A stretch of DNA of 64,000 nt from Mustelus asterias (Eukaryota). Where the stretch lies: positions 30,380,001 to 30,444,000 of the forward strand of contig NC_135828.1 of the NCBI RefSeq assembly GCF_964213995.1. The letters run 5' to 3'. The translations under genes were made by a program, and so were the position numbers. Within the stretch, counting starts at the first letter, position 1. Each line of letters begins with the position of its first letter. The notes under the pieces are model-generated. The model saw only the letters and a program-made list of their open reading frames with translations, ran no database searches and was not told the DNA's origin. Positions 1 to 12,390 of this stretch are shown one piece after another.

Positions 1-417
1 TATGAGGAAAGGTTGAGGGAGCTAGGGCTGTTCTCTCTGGAGCGGAGGAGGCTGAGGGGGACTTAATAGAGGTTTATAAAATGATGAAGGGGATAGAAAG
101 AGTGAACGTTCAAAGACTATTTCCTCGGGTGGATGGAGCTATTACAAGTGGGCATAACTATAGGGTTCGTGGTGGGAGATATAGGCAGGATATCAGAGGT
201 AGGTTCTTTACGCAGAGAGTGGTTGGGGTGTGGAATGGACTGCCTGCAGTGATAGTGGAGTCAGACACTTTAGGAACATTTAAGCGGTTATTGGATAGGC
301 ACATGGAGCACACCAGGATGATAAGGAGTGGGATAGCTTGATCTTGGTTTCAGATAAAGCTCGGCACAACATTGTGGGCCGAAGGGCCTGTTCTGTGCTG
401 TACTGTTCTATGTTCTA
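1..417 (+). mobile_element. CR1 LINE 3' end (truncated by window start)
   Basis: ORF2 C-terminal motif FFTQRVVGVWNGLP; CR1-type 3' tail GGGCCGAAGGGCCTGTTCTGTGCTGTACTGTTCTATGTTCTA. Confidence 0.9.
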
Positions 418-429
418 GTTCAGGCCGAT

Positions 430-1833
430 GCGAAAACACTAAACGTAACACCGCTGTTTAAAAAAGGAGGTAGACAAACGCCAGGTAACTATAGTCCTGT
501 TAGCTTAACTTCTGGAGAAGGAAAAATGCTTGAGTCTATCATCAAGGAAGAAATAGCGAGATATCTGGATAGGAATTGACTCATTGGGAAGACACAGCAC
601 GGCTTTGTGAAATGCAGGACATGTTCAACTAATTTACTGGAACTCTTTGAGAACAAAATGAGCACAGTGGACAATGGGGAACCTGTGGATGTGGTGCATC
701 TGGATTTCCAGAAGGCATTTGACAAGGTACCACATCAAAGACTGCTGTATAAGATAAAGGTGCATGGAGTTACGGGTAATGTATTTGCATGGATAGAGGA
801 TTGGTTCACTAACGGAAAGCAAAGAGTGGGGGTAAATGGGTGTTTTTCTGGTTGGCGATCAGTGACTAGTGTGCCTCAGGGATCAGTGTTGGGACCGCAA
901 TTGTTTACAATTTACATCGATGGTTTGGAGTTGGAGACCAAGGGTAGTGTGTCAAAATTCGTAGATGACACTAAGATGAGTGGGAGCACAAAGTGTGCAG
1001 AGGACACTGAAAGTCTGCAAAGGGATATAGATAATCTAAGTGAGTGTGAAAGGGTCTGGCAGATGGAGTACAATTTTTGTAAATGTGGGGTTATCCATTT
1101 TGGTAGGAATAACAGCAAACTGGACTATTATTTAAATGGTTAAAAAAAATGCAACATGCCGCTCTGCAGAGGGACCTGGGTGTCCTTGTGCAAGAATCAC
1201 AAGGAATTGGTTTGCAGATGCAGCAGGTAATTAAGATGGCAAATTGAATTTTGTCCTTCATTGCTGGAAGGATGGAGTTTAAACACAGCGAGGTTATGTT
1301 GCAGCTGCATAAGGTGTTGATGAGGCCACACCTGGAGTACTGTGTACAGTTTTGGTCTCCTTACTTGAGAAAGGATGTACTGGCACTGGAGGAGGTGCAG
1401 AGGAGATTCACTAGATTGTTTCCAGAGTTGAGAGTTGGCTTATGAGGAGCGACTGAGTGGACTGGGACTTTACTCATTGGAATTCAGAAGAATGAAGGGG
1501 GGTCTTATCGAAACATGTAAAATTATGAAGGGAAAAGATAAGATGGAAGCAGGGAGGTTGTTTCCACTGGGGAGTGAAGCTAGAACTAGGGGGCATTGCC
1601 TCAAAATAAAGAGGAACAGATTTAGGCCTGAGTTGAGGAGGAACACCTTCACCCAAAGGGTTGTGAATCTATGGAATTCCCTGCCTAGTGAAGCAGTTGA
1701 GGCTATTTTGTTGAATGTTTTTGAGGCAAAGATAGATACATTTTCGAACAGCCATGATCTTATTGAATGGTGGAGCAGGCTCGAGGGCCAGCTGGCCTAC
1801 TCCTGCTCCTAGTTCTTATGTTTATGTCCTTAT
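430..1833 (+). mobile_element. CR1 LINE, 5'-truncated, degenerate RT
   Basis: LDFQKAFDKVPH, VPQGSVLGP, KFVDDTK, RPHLEYCVQFWSP across frameshifted ORFs 607-1812; TTCTTATG-type tail. Confidence 0.9.
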
Positions 1834-2044
1834 CATGTCATTTTCAGACAGCAGCCAGCCCGTATGCAAACTTTAACATTTTACTCTTTCAGTCTGCAGC
1901 ATTGTGAGAATCTCACTGTCAGCTTTGAAAAGCAGGCCTTCCAAGAGAGGATCTGAGAACCCTCAAGTCAGAACCAGCCTGCGGCCCCCTCGGAGCCACA
2001 GGGGGCATTTTGAGAGACCAGAGACAAGAGGGGGAAGAGCAGGA

Positions 2045-2284
2045 ATGTCACAGAGCAGACACAGGATAGCTCCACGGTTCAGCGATGCCTCCCTGCACGT
2101 CCTCCTCCAGGGGGTCCGGGTACGCCGCGATGTCTTGTTCCCGACTGACAGAAAGAAAAGACCATCGCGCCTCACCAGGGATGCCTGGATGGAGATTGCC
2201 ACGGAGGTGACCAGCTGCGGGATGCAGCAGAGGGACTGGATCCAATGCAGGAAGAGGATGAATGACCTGCTCCGCACCGCAAAG
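2045..2284 (+). CDS. Myb/SANT-like DNA-binding protein (Harbinger ORF2/NAIF1-like), exon 1
   Basis: ATG 2045; APRFSDASLHVLLQGV...AWMEIATEV...RDWIQCRKRMNDL trihelix Myb/SANT motif; donor AAG|GTAAGT at 2284/2285, phase 0. Confidence 0.8.
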
Positions 2285-2291
2285 GTAAGTG

Positions 2292-3914
2292 TGACTGTGT
2301 TCCAACCCAGGCCAGGAACTCCAAGGTATTTTATGAAGTTAGCCAAGACACCAGGTTTTTAGATTTGAATTTGGCACTGGTGAGTGTAAGGTCTTTCACT
2401 CCAGGTATGATTCAAGTGACCCACTGGGAAGTGATTGTCAAACAAAGTTTATTCAAGAACACAGTTAAAATATAATAAAAGGAATTAGCATAACTTGTGG
2501 AAATTACAAGATTCAAACATGATACGGTGTGAACTTTAACAGCTAGTTATCTATGATATTTCAAATCAAACAACATCCCACAAACATACACCCTCTTCTA
2601 GACTTGGCACACAAAGCAAGTGGTCACCCTATTATAGAAAGGATATTACTCCCCCCATCAGGATCCCCGATCATTAATCACAGATCTGGGTCCCGACACT
2701 GCACCAACCAGGGCAGGACTTACTCAGTTAATGGTAGGGCGTTGGGGAGAGTTACAGAACAAAGAGATCTCGGGGTACATGTTCATAGCTCCTTGAAAGT
2801 GGAGTCACAGGTGGACAGAGTGGTGAAGAAGGCATTCGGCATGCTTGGTTTCATCGGTCAGAACATTGAATACAGGAATTGGAATGTTTTGTTGAAGTTG
2901 TACAAGACATTGGTAAGGCCACATTTGGAATATTGTGTGCAATTCTGGTCACCCTATTATAGAAAGGGTCTTATTAAACTAGAAAGAGTGCACAAAAGAT
3001 TTACCAGGATGCTACCGGGACTTGATGGTTTGAGTTATAAGGAGAGGCTGGATAGACTGGGACTTTTTTCTCTGGATCGTAGAAGGCTGAGGGGTGATCT
3101 TATAGAGGTCTATAAAATAATGAGGGGCATACATCAGCTCGATAGTCAATATCTTTTCCCAAAGGTAGGGGAGTCTAAAACTGGAGGGCATAGGTTTAAG
3201 GTGAGAGGGGAGAGCTACAAAAGGGTCCAGAGGGGCAATTCTTTCACGCAGAGAGTGGTGAGTGTTTGGAACAAGCTGCCAGAGGTCGTAGTAGAGGCGG
3301 GGACAACTTTGTCTTTTAAAAAGCATTTAGACAGTTACATGGTAAGATGGGTATGGAGGTATATGGGCCAAATGGAGGCAATTGGGACTAGCTTAGGGGT
3401 TTAAAAAAAAAAGGCGGCATGGACACTTTGGGCCGAAGGGCCTGTTTCCATGCTGTAAACCTCTATGACTCAATGTGTGCTTCGCGTGATGCTGGGTTTT
3501 CAGCTTTTTAACACCTGCTGTGAATTGGTCCTTTGAATGTTGCAACAATCTCTGAGTCTTCCCAGTCCTGGAACTTTCAGCATGCCTCTGGAGAGAGAGA
3601 GGGCCGCTGCTTTCTGTCTTAAATCCAAACAACAGCTACGAAAAATGAAACTAAAATCTTGGACTTTCTGTGGAAAATAAATTGTCCCCAGGCATTGCCT
3701 GAGCTCCCAAATCAACTCCATTCAATAATCCCCAAAGGATTATAAAACCACGGGACACTGCATTAGGCCAGATTAAAAATAAATGTTGCTTCAGTAACAA
3801 TTAGAGGACACTGGTTACAGACAAACCAGCGCTGACAACTTCCAGGGCCTGATAGAAACATCCTGCAAAAGAACATGTCTAATATACATTTCTTAAAGGC
3901 ACAGTACCCTCACA
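2292..3914 (-). mobile_element. Solo LTR (probably Gypsy), interrupted by a CR1
   Basis: TG...CA ends; AGTG duplicated at 2288-2291 and 3915-3918; minus-strand AATAAA near 2448-2453; no internal retroelement ORF. Confidence 0.6.
2705..3472 (+). mobile_element. CR1 LINE 3' fragment inside the solo LTR
   Basis: RDLGVHVH, RPHLEYCVQFWSP, FTQRVVSVWNKLP; tail CTGTAAACCTCTATGACTC. Confidence 0.9.
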
Positions 3915-4193
3915 AGTGAGTAATGTATACTCAATGGCTGCACGCTGGGCCAGAGGTGAAATGTCAGTAAGTTGGACAGGATCCCAAAGGCGGCTTTGTT
4001 CTTCAGCAGGTGTCTCAGCAGCAACAAGGGTGACCAGCATCTGGCTCCCTGTACCAATGTCCTCCAAGTCCCATGACAAGGGATGTGTGAGAGAGACAGA
4101 CATTGGAGAGCCCATTATTGGCACAAGAGAGGGCAGGTGATACGGGCTCACTTTATTGTGCTCTGGAGTCTCATTCTCCCTTCCTTCCCCCAG

Positions 4194-4356
4194 GAGAAAA
4201 AGGCCTACAACAACATTGAGGTGTCGAAGATGGGAGGAGGTGGAGTACCGGACTTCCGGAACCTGACCGCCGCTGAGACCGAAGCACTCGAGTTAGCCGG
4301 AGACCAGGGCGGCTTTTGCATCTCCGATGATGAGACCGGAGTGATGAGCATTAAAC
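4194..4356 (+). CDS. Myb/SANT-like gene exon 2
   Basis: Polypyrimidine tract + CAG acceptor (4191-4193); EKKAYNNIEVSKMGGGGVP matches the K/R-x-GGG-P motif that follows the Myb domain in Harbinger ORF2 proteins; donor C|GTGAGG, phase 1. Confidence 0.75.
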
Positions 4357-4887
4357 GTGAGGAGAACTGGAGCTTTTGTAAACACCTCTGGGCAGAAAGG
4401 GAAGGTGGTACACATGGCAGGGAGTCAGGGTTCAGAGGGCAGCAGAGGCTGATAGGGTGACAGGGTGGCACAGTGGTTAGTAATGCTGCATCACAGCACC
4501 AGCGATCCGAGTTCGATTCTGACCTTGTGTGACTGTGTGGAGTCTGCACATTCTCCACATGTCTGCATGGGTTTCCTCCGGTTGCTTCGATTTCCTCCCA
4601 CAGTCCAAAGATGTGTAGGTTAGTTGAGGCCATGGTAAATTGCCCCTTAGTGTCCAAAGATTTGTAGGTTACATGGACTGCCATGCTAAATTGCATCTTA
4701 TTGCCAAAGATGTGCAGGTTAGGTGGATTGGTCATGCTAAATTGCTCCTTGGTGCCTAAATATGTGTACGTTAGATGGATTGGCCATGATAAATTGCCCT
4801 TTCGTGTCCAAAGATGTTTAGTTTCGATGGATTAATCGTGATAAATGTGTGGGGTAATGGGGGGGCAGGCCTGGGTAAGGTAATCTC

Positions 4888-5498
4888 AGTAAGAGTTTTA
4901 ACAACAGCAGGTTAAAGTCCAACAGGTTTATTTGGTAGCAAATACCATTAGCTTTCGGAGCGCTGCTCCTTCGTCAGATGGAGTGGAAATCTGCTCTCAA
5001 ACAGGGCACAGAGACACAAAATCAAGTTACAGAATACTGATTAGAATTGCTACCAAATAAACCTGTTGGACTTTAACCTGGTGTTGTTAAAACTCTTACT
5101 GGGGCGGCACGGTAGCACAGTGGTTAGCACTGCTGCTTCACAGCTTCAGCGACCTGCGTTCGATTCCCAGCTTGGGTCACTGTCTGTGTGGAGTTTGCAC
5201 ATTCTCCCCGTGTCTGCGTGGGTTTCCTCCGGGTGCTCCGGTTTCCTCCCATAGTCCAAAGATGTGCGGGTTAGGTTGATTGGCTATGCCAAAGTTTCCC
5301 CTTAGTGTTCTGAGATGTGTAGGTTAGAGGGATTAGCGGGTAAATGTGTAGGGATATGGGGGTAGGGCCTGGGTGGGATTGTGGTCGGTGCAGACTCGAT
5401 GGGGCAGATGGCCTCTTTCTGCACTGTAGGGATTCTATGATTCTATTCTATGATTCTATTCTATGATACCCCAGTCCAACGCTGGCATCTCCACATCA
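4888..5498. mobile_element. Penelope-like element remnant with inverted terminal segment
   Basis: 54-bp inverted repeat (4888-4941 vs 5047-5100, 1 mismatch); related sequence recurs at about 45835-46140; 10-bp flanking duplication. Confidence 0.65.
5101..5467 (+). mobile_element. HE1 SINE, full length
   Basis: GGGCGGCACGGTAGCACAGTGGTTAGC head through GGATTCTATGATTCTA tail. Confidence 0.9.
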
Positions 5499-5601
5499 AG
5501 GTACTCTCAACAGAGAGTCAGCGCAGACTTGGTGGGCTGAATGGCCTCCTCCTGCACTGCAGGGATTCAGTGATTGTAATAGTTTGTGCTGTGCCTTGCA
5601 G

Positions 5602-6428
5602 GTCTGCATGCTGCGGAGCAATGTCGAGAAGCTGCCAATGATGTCCTCCTGGCCTCTTCAGAGGAAGGGAGTGCCCACACCTCGGAGGATGCAGGATCGC
5701 ACCTCTCACCCTCCCTCTGCACAGACGGAGAGACGGTCGCCTCGGCAGGAAAGCAATTGGTCCCCGACTCTGAATACACTGAACACCTCAATGTAATGCA
5801 GGTGCAGCTGATGGAGGCTGTGAAGGACGAGGATCGCGAGAGCCTGCAGCCTGTTGGAGGACCTGCCCCTTCTGGAGGACATGCCCCTCCCAAAGGTCAG
5901 GCCGATGATGAGGGGCCCCTGATGTCAGCCACTCTCAGTCTGCTGGAGTTGCAGCAACGAGCCGGAGAGAGTCTGGCCGAGCTGCCCAGAGCTGTGAGCG
6001 GACATGCATGGACAATGGAGGAGTCCCTTCAGGATATGAGTATGGTGATTGCTCGGTCGTGCGAGCACATGGCCTCTGCCATGGAGAGACTGGCGGCCGT
6101 CATGGAGAGCCAGATCCAACAGAGCACTCAGTGCCTGCTGGGTGTGAGTGCCAACTTGCAAACCATCGCCTTAGCTGTCAGCTCACTGCAGCGGTGGCCA
6201 AATGGGAGGTGCACGGTGTGCCTGGACACCCCGCCCTGTGCCACATCCCCCACATCGATGGAAAGCAGGGAGGTGCCATCGCGCATGGACAGACCGGAGG
6301 AACTCCAGCCTGCCACACCACGGGGCTCCTATCAAGGTGTTCTGAGGATGGACAGGAGCCCTCCAGCCCCTCTGGCAGTGAACAACCGCATCCGCCGCAA
6401 GCGGCCACAGAGGAGGCTTCTGGACTGA
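5602..6428 (+). CDS. Myb/SANT-like gene exon 3 (acidic/low-complexity and coiled-coil C-terminus)
   Basis: TTGCAG acceptor ending 5601; phase 1 joins exon 2 in frame with ORF 5586-6428; total spliced length 1230 nt. Confidence 0.65.
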
Positions 6429-6984
6429 TGCAGAAGTGCCTCAGTTTTCCGGGGACCCCCTGAGCCTCGGACAATCAGAGTACAGCCGCCATGGGTATCA
6501 CAAACTGTGGGCCATGAAGAATGAAGGATGGGCATTAAATGCTGGCCCAGCCAACATCACCCACTTCCCGTCAAATGAATTTAAAAAACGATGCTGCCCT
6601 TGAAGATGCCAGTTTGATTAGAAAGAGAAGTTTAGCTGCCCCAGGCTGCCAGGGATGAAATACATTGCTGTTATATATTGTTGCTCGTTTATGATTAAAT
6701 GGATTCTTGCCCTTTCACATGCGTCACTTTTGTTCAGAGAATGATGCTCTTTCCATGCTCAAAGCTCTGGATGCCGCTGTTCAGAGATGCAAGGTGAAAT
6801 ATGGCCCTCTCTGTGCTTTGTAGCAGGGTGGCAGTGGGGACTGGGCAGTAATGTCAGAATTGCCCACATTGCCAATGACATTTGTGGGTGGTGAGACAGG
6901 TGGGAGAGTGGCTGCTCCTCGTGAGGGTGTTCAAAACAGAAAGCAGCTGAAAATCAAGATCTTGCTGGCTTCCCTGGTGCCCGT

Positions 6985-7420
6985 TTTTAAAAAATACATG
7001 TATAGGGATGTGGGCATCGCTGGTCAGGCCAGCATTTATTACCCATCCCAAATGCCCCTTGACAGGATGGTGGTGAGTTGCCTTCTTCAACTCCTGCAGT
7101 TCATGTGGTGTAGGTACACCCACAGTGCTGTTGGAGAGGGAGCTCCAGGTTTTGACCCAGCGACAGTGAAGGAACAGCGATATATTTCCAAGTCAGGATG
7201 GTGAGTGGCTTGCAGGGGAACCTCCAGGTGGCGGTGTTACCAGGTAGCTGCTGCTCTTGTTCTTCTAGATGTTGTTGTGGGTTTGGAAACTGCTGTCTCA
7301 GGAGTCTTGGTGACTTTCAGCAGTGCATCTTGTAGCTTGTACACATTGCTACCACTGTGTGTTGGTGGTGGAGGGAGTGAATGTTTGTAGATGAGCTGCT
7401 TTGTCCTGGATGGTTTCAAG
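6985..7420 (-). mobile_element. LINE (CR1/L2-group) 3' end
   Basis: Reverse complement matches the 3' region of the plus-strand LINE at 7500-8720 (GCAGTTCAAG..GGC..CTCACCACC..CTT...ATAAATGCTGGCC). Confidence 0.65.
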
Positions 7421-7499
7421 GTTCCTTTAAATAAGGTCCCTTTGTAAAGGAAGGATCCACTACAAAAGGAGAGTTCTGGCTTCGGAGGAGAGAATCCAC

Positions 7500-8720
7500 C
7501 AAGGACACTCAGCTCCTGACCTCATTCCAACATTGGAGAGAACAGGGCCTGAATTCCAGAGGCGATGTGAGGGTGATTGCCCTTGACATCAAAGCAGCAT
7601 TTGACTGTGTTGCATCACGGAACCCCACCAAAATGAGAGTCAGTGGGATTCAGGGGAAAAACTCTCTGCTGGTTAGAGTCATATGAAGTTCCAAGGAAGA
7701 TTGTTGTAGTTCTTGGAGGCCAGTCATTTAAGTTCCAGATGATGGTTGCAGGAGTTCCACAGGGGTATGCCCTCGGCCAAACCATCTTCAGCTGCTTCAT
7801 CAATGACCTCTCTTCCATCATATGGTCAGAATTGGGGATGTCCACACATGTTTGGACAGTGTTCAGCATGGTTGGTTCACAATGTGTCAGATACTGACAT
7901 AGTCTGTGCCGATATGCATCAAGACCTGGGTAACATTCAGGCTTGCATTGGTAAGTGGCAAACAACTTTTGTGCCACACAAGTGCCATGCAATTACAATC
8001 TCCAACAAGAAATCAATCCAACCATCACTTCTTGACATTTAATGGCATTGCTATCGCTGAATCCCCCACTATCAACATCCTGCGGGGTTACCATGGAGCA
8101 GAAACGCAACTGGACACACCACATAAACACAGTGGTTACAAGAGCAGGTCACAGGCTAGGAATCCTGTGGCGAGTAACTCACCTCCTGGCTCCCCCAAGC
8201 CTATCCACCATCTACAAGGCACAAGTCAGGAGTGTGGTGGCATACTACCCACTTGCCTGGATGGGTGAAACTCCAAAAACACCCAAAGAAGCTTTATACT
8301 ATCCAGGACAAAGCAATCTGGTTGTTTTGTGCACCATCTACTACCTTTAACATCCACTGCCTCCACCAGTGATGCGCTATAGATGCAGTGTTTGCCTACT
8401 ACAAGATGCATTGCACTAAATGGTCAAAGCAACATCTTCCAAAGTCATCACCTCTACCTGCTGGAAGGACAAAGGCAGCAGATTTAAGGAAACACCAGCA
8501 CTTGTGGCTTCCCCTCCAAGCCACATGCCATCTGTGCTTGGAATTATTTTGTCATTCTCTCTCTGTCACTGAATCAAAATCCAAGAACTCCTTCCACAAC
8601 TGCACTGTGGATGTACCCACATCACACAGACCACAGCAGTTCAAGACAGCAGCTCTCAAGCACCTTCTCAGGGGCAGTAAGAGATGGGAAAGAAGTTATG
8701 GCAATGCACACAAGCCATTA
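7500..8720 (+). mobile_element. Degenerate LINE RT fragment (CR1/L2-group)
   Basis: ALDIKAAFD, GVPQG..LG..IFSCFINDL, LSTIYKAQVRS motifs across broken frames. Confidence 0.8.
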
Positions 8721-9296
8721 TTGTAGAAAATGTGTTTCCAATTTAAGAAGAAACCTGGATGAAGAAGTGTTTCTGCTGCAGCAGTATCCAGGGATTGCAG
8801 ATTTTGGATTTCGGGAGTAAACTTTGGCCGAGGATGAAATGAGGAACTGAGCAGTTCATTTATCTATTATTTATTTCCTAACGTTCCTTCCCAGAAATAT
8901 AACTGAAATTTAAAGTAATCTCATCTCATATTTGTATGCTTGCCTTTTCATGGAACTGCTGGGTCGAACTACTTTGTTATGTCTTAGTGTGATTTAAAAA
9001 CTGATTTGAATGCAAAGAAAAATTCCAAGAAGCCCCTGAGCCGCTACTCCATCCACTTAAAACAAAATTCATTATTTTACAGGATGTTGCTCTCACTTGC
9101 TAGACCAACATTTATTGCCATCCCTTAATGCCCTTTAGACTGCTGCAGTGCATGTGCTCATGAGCACTCGCTAATCGTGCTGCTATGAACAGAGTTACTT
9201 AATAATGACAAGGTCAAACTGAATTACTTGCTAAGCCATTTCAGGGGGAAGTTGGAGTCAACCACATGGCAGTGAGTCTGGAATCACTTGTAAATT

Positions 9297-9900
9297 GTGG
9301 CACGGTGGCACAGCGGTTAGCACTGCTGCCTCTCAGCGCCAGGGATCCGGGTTCAATTCTGACCTCTATTGACTGTGCAGAGTCTGCACGTTCTCCCGTG
9401 TCTGCATGGGTTTCTCCGGGTGCTCCAGTTTCCTCCCACAGTCCAAAGATGTGCAAGTTAGAGAGATTAAGCATGTTAAATTGTCCCTTAGTGTCCCAAG
9501 ACATGTAGGTTAGCGGGGTTGGCCATGCTAAATTGCCCCTTTGTGTCCCAAGACATGTAGGTTAGCGGGGTTGGCCATGCTAAATTGCCCCTTAGTGTTC
9601 CACGATGTGTAATTTAGGTGAAATGGCCATGCTAAAATGCCCCTTAGTGTTCCACAATGTATAGGTTAGGGAGATTGGCCGTGCCCAATTGCCCCTTAAT
9701 GTCCCAAGATGTGTAGGTTAGGTGGATTGGCCATCATAAATTGCCCCTTAGTGTCCCAAGATATGCAGGTTAGGGGGATTAGTTGGGTAAATATGTGGGG
9801 TTATGGAGATATGGGCCTGGGTAAGATGCTCTTTCGGAGAGTTGGTGCAGTCTTGATGGGTGAAATGGCCTGCTTTTGTACTGTAGGGATTCTATGATGA
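9297..9900 (+). mobile_element. HE1-type SINE with about five 58-59-bp tandem units
   Basis: tRNA head at 9297; repeated TAGGTTAG..GG.TTGGCCATGCTAAATTGCCCCTTAGTGTCCC; GGGATTCTATGA tail. Confidence 0.85.
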
Positions 9901-10374
9901 TGATGTCCCTTCCCTCATGGACATTAGTGAAAAATTCTGTGTTTCCATGATAAACATTTCATGATCACCATTGCTGAGACCAGTCTACAATTCCAGGTTT
10001 GGGTAATTCAATTTAAGTTCCAGCAGCCACCATGGTGGGATTTGACCTCATGTTCCAAAATAATTTGTGTGGGCCCCTTGATGACTAAACCAGTGACATT
10101 GTTACTACATCACCACCAGCACTGTAAATCGCCTTGGACTGGGATACATAGCACTCAGAGCTGTATCAACCCAGCCATTGCATGAAAACTTCACGGGAAA
10201 GAGGAATCCCCATTTTAACAGATTTTTTCACTCTATTGGTCATTGTTATATTGCACAGTACACCGCATCAATTTAATATTGGTTCATGGATAATTATTTG
10301 CCTGGGGAAATTGAGGTGACCTCCCTCTGCTTACTATCTCTGTCAATAATGACCACTCAATTGTTCAGAGCCAT

Positions 10375-10676
10375 CGGTGGCGCAGTGGTGAGCACTGCTG
10401 CCTCACAGCGCCAGGGACCCGGGTTCAATTCCGGCCTCGGGTGACTGTCTGTGTGGAGTTTGTGCATTCTCCCAGTGTCTACGTGGGTTTACTCAGGGTG
10501 CTCCGGTTTCCTCTCACAGTCCAAAGATGTGCAGGTTTGGTTGATTGGTCATGATAAATTAGTTTCGCCGGGGTTAGGACGGTAAATATGATGGGAGTAG
10601 AACCTGGGTGGGATTGTTGTCAATGCAGGCTCGGTGGGCCGAATGGCCTCCTTCTGCACTGTAGGGATTCTATGAT
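10375..10676 (+). mobile_element. HE1-type SINE
   Basis: A/B boxes and GGGATTCTATGAT tail. Confidence 0.85.
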
Positions 10677-11289
10677 CTGAGAAGGCCGAAGAAGATTCGG
10701 TTTATTCTCTTATGGAACCACTGTGCCTTCCAGCAGTGCAGATTTTATCTGCTCCTTTGGTAAGTCTGTCTTTTTGCAGCCCCCTTTCCTGCCCAGATTT
10801 TCTGCTGGCAATCTGTCCACTTCCCGCAACTGGCTCCTGCCAATTGAAATATATCCAGCTGCAAAGTAAATTCAAAAATCCTTCCGACCTGAAATGGGCC
10901 CCAGTTGCTAAGGAATGACTTTATGCTCCACCAAGCTTTTATTTAATGGTCATGCAATAACTTCCCTTAGCACAATGGAAGCACATTTTGAATTGAAACC
11001 AAAACCTCCACACATTAGACAGTTTTTTTGCCTGACGTGAATCTAATTATAAATTTAACCTCCCTTACGCACGCACTAAATTGAACCAACTTAAAACTAT
11101 ACTTTATTTCTAATATTTAACAATACAAATATAAATCCATTAAAACTACCATTGCTTTCCTAACATATACCCTCGGGACTGCTCATCCAACAGCACAGAT
11201 CTCTCTCTGTAGTAACCATTTCACAGTGTGGTGCTTCTTCATTGCTGACACTCTGACAGTGCAGCACTCCCTTAATACTGACCCTCTGG

Positions 11290-12390
11290 CAGTTCAGTTG
11301 TCACAAGTTGTTCTGTGTTGCAGCTTCAGCAGGTTGACGCTTCGTTTTTGGTTATGCTTGGAGCTACTTCTGGCATGTCCTCCTGTACTCTTTATTGACA
11401 TATGCTTTCCCCAGGGTTAGATGGACGAGTGGAATACTTGTCAGAGCATGAGAATACAGATTTTGTTTGTGTACAACTCCGGTACTGATGATGACCCACC
11501 ATCTTTCATGGATGCATGGGTTTGAGTTGCTAGATCACATTTTACACATTAGAGCTGCACAACAGGTGAATTGTACCCTCCGCGTGAAGGCGGGACGTTA
11601 TCTACATAAGGTGGTAATTAGCAAGAGACTTCCTCGTCATGTTTGGCCTGAAGCCATGACACTTGATGGTGTCTAGATTCGATATTTAATAAATGCCAGA
11701 ACAACTCCCTCCCAACTGTATACGAAGGTGCCACCAGATTTTGTCTGTGCTGCTGGTGGGACAGGACAGACCCAGGGAGGGCGATGGGAGTGTCTGAGAC
11801 ATTGTTTGCAAGGCATGATTCAGTGAGTATAACCATGCCAGGAAGCTGCCTGAATAATTTGTGAGACATCTCTCCAAATTGTTGCATGTTACCCAAGGAG
11901 GAATCCACAGGGTCGACAGGGCCACGGACAATTGGAACTAGCTTAATGGTAAAAAATTGGGCGGCATGGACAAGTTGGGCTGAAGGGCCTGTTTCTACGC
12001 TGTAAACATCTATGACTCTATGGCTGGCTATGATGTTGTCCCGCCAGTGCCTTAGTCGATGTTGGCTCTCCAATTGATATTGGTGTATTTTTTCAAGCTG
12101 TGTAGCGCGTTTTTGTGAGTGTTTTATGGGCAGTTTCAAAGGCAAGAGGAGATTCAACCACACAGCTGTGGGTCTATATTCACATACAGGCTGAACCAGG
12201 GAAGGACAGCAGAATCCCTTCACTAACTGACATTAGTGAACCAGTTGGGGTATTATTTTGCTGATAATCATCAGGATAGGTTTTAATTGCAGATTTATTA
12301 AACTAATTGATATTTCATCATCTGCTGTGGTGGGATTCGATACCATACATGCAAAGCTCTATCCTTGTTTCCTCATCCAGCAATATTACC
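11290..12390 (-). mobile_element. Degenerate LINE 5'/endonuclease region, with a short plus-strand CR1 tail at about 11925-12022
   Basis: VILTESCL...PGSVLSH APE-endonuclease-like motif in minus ORF 11618-12223. Confidence 0.6.

Larger units (their letters stand above)
4461..5575 (+). mobile_element. HE1-type SINE with tandem internal repeats, split by a Penelope-like insert
   Basis: tRNA head (TGGCACAGTGGTTAG A-box, GTTCGATTC B-box); repeated CCAAAGATGTG.AGGTTAG units; 3' end resumes at 5499 after the duplication AGGTAATCTC/AGGTACTCTC. Confidence 0.8.

Noticed and set aside
2553-3404. 283-aa ORF as a host gene
   Set aside because: Chimera of LTR sequence and the CR1 ORF2 C-terminus.
5101-5175. 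tRNA-like sequences here, at other SINE heads and at about 36042-36130
   Set aside because: A/B boxes continue into repeat bodies and no complete cloverleaf is evident; not tRNA genes.
9467-9775. Regularly spaced repeats resembling a CRISPR array
   Set aside because: Head-to-tail tandem units with no unique spacers, inside a SINE, in eukaryotic DNA with no cas genes.
6600-11100. Harbinger transposase expected convergent to the Myb gene
   Set aside because: No DDE/HARBI1 motifs or TIR could be recognised among the LINE/SINE debris.
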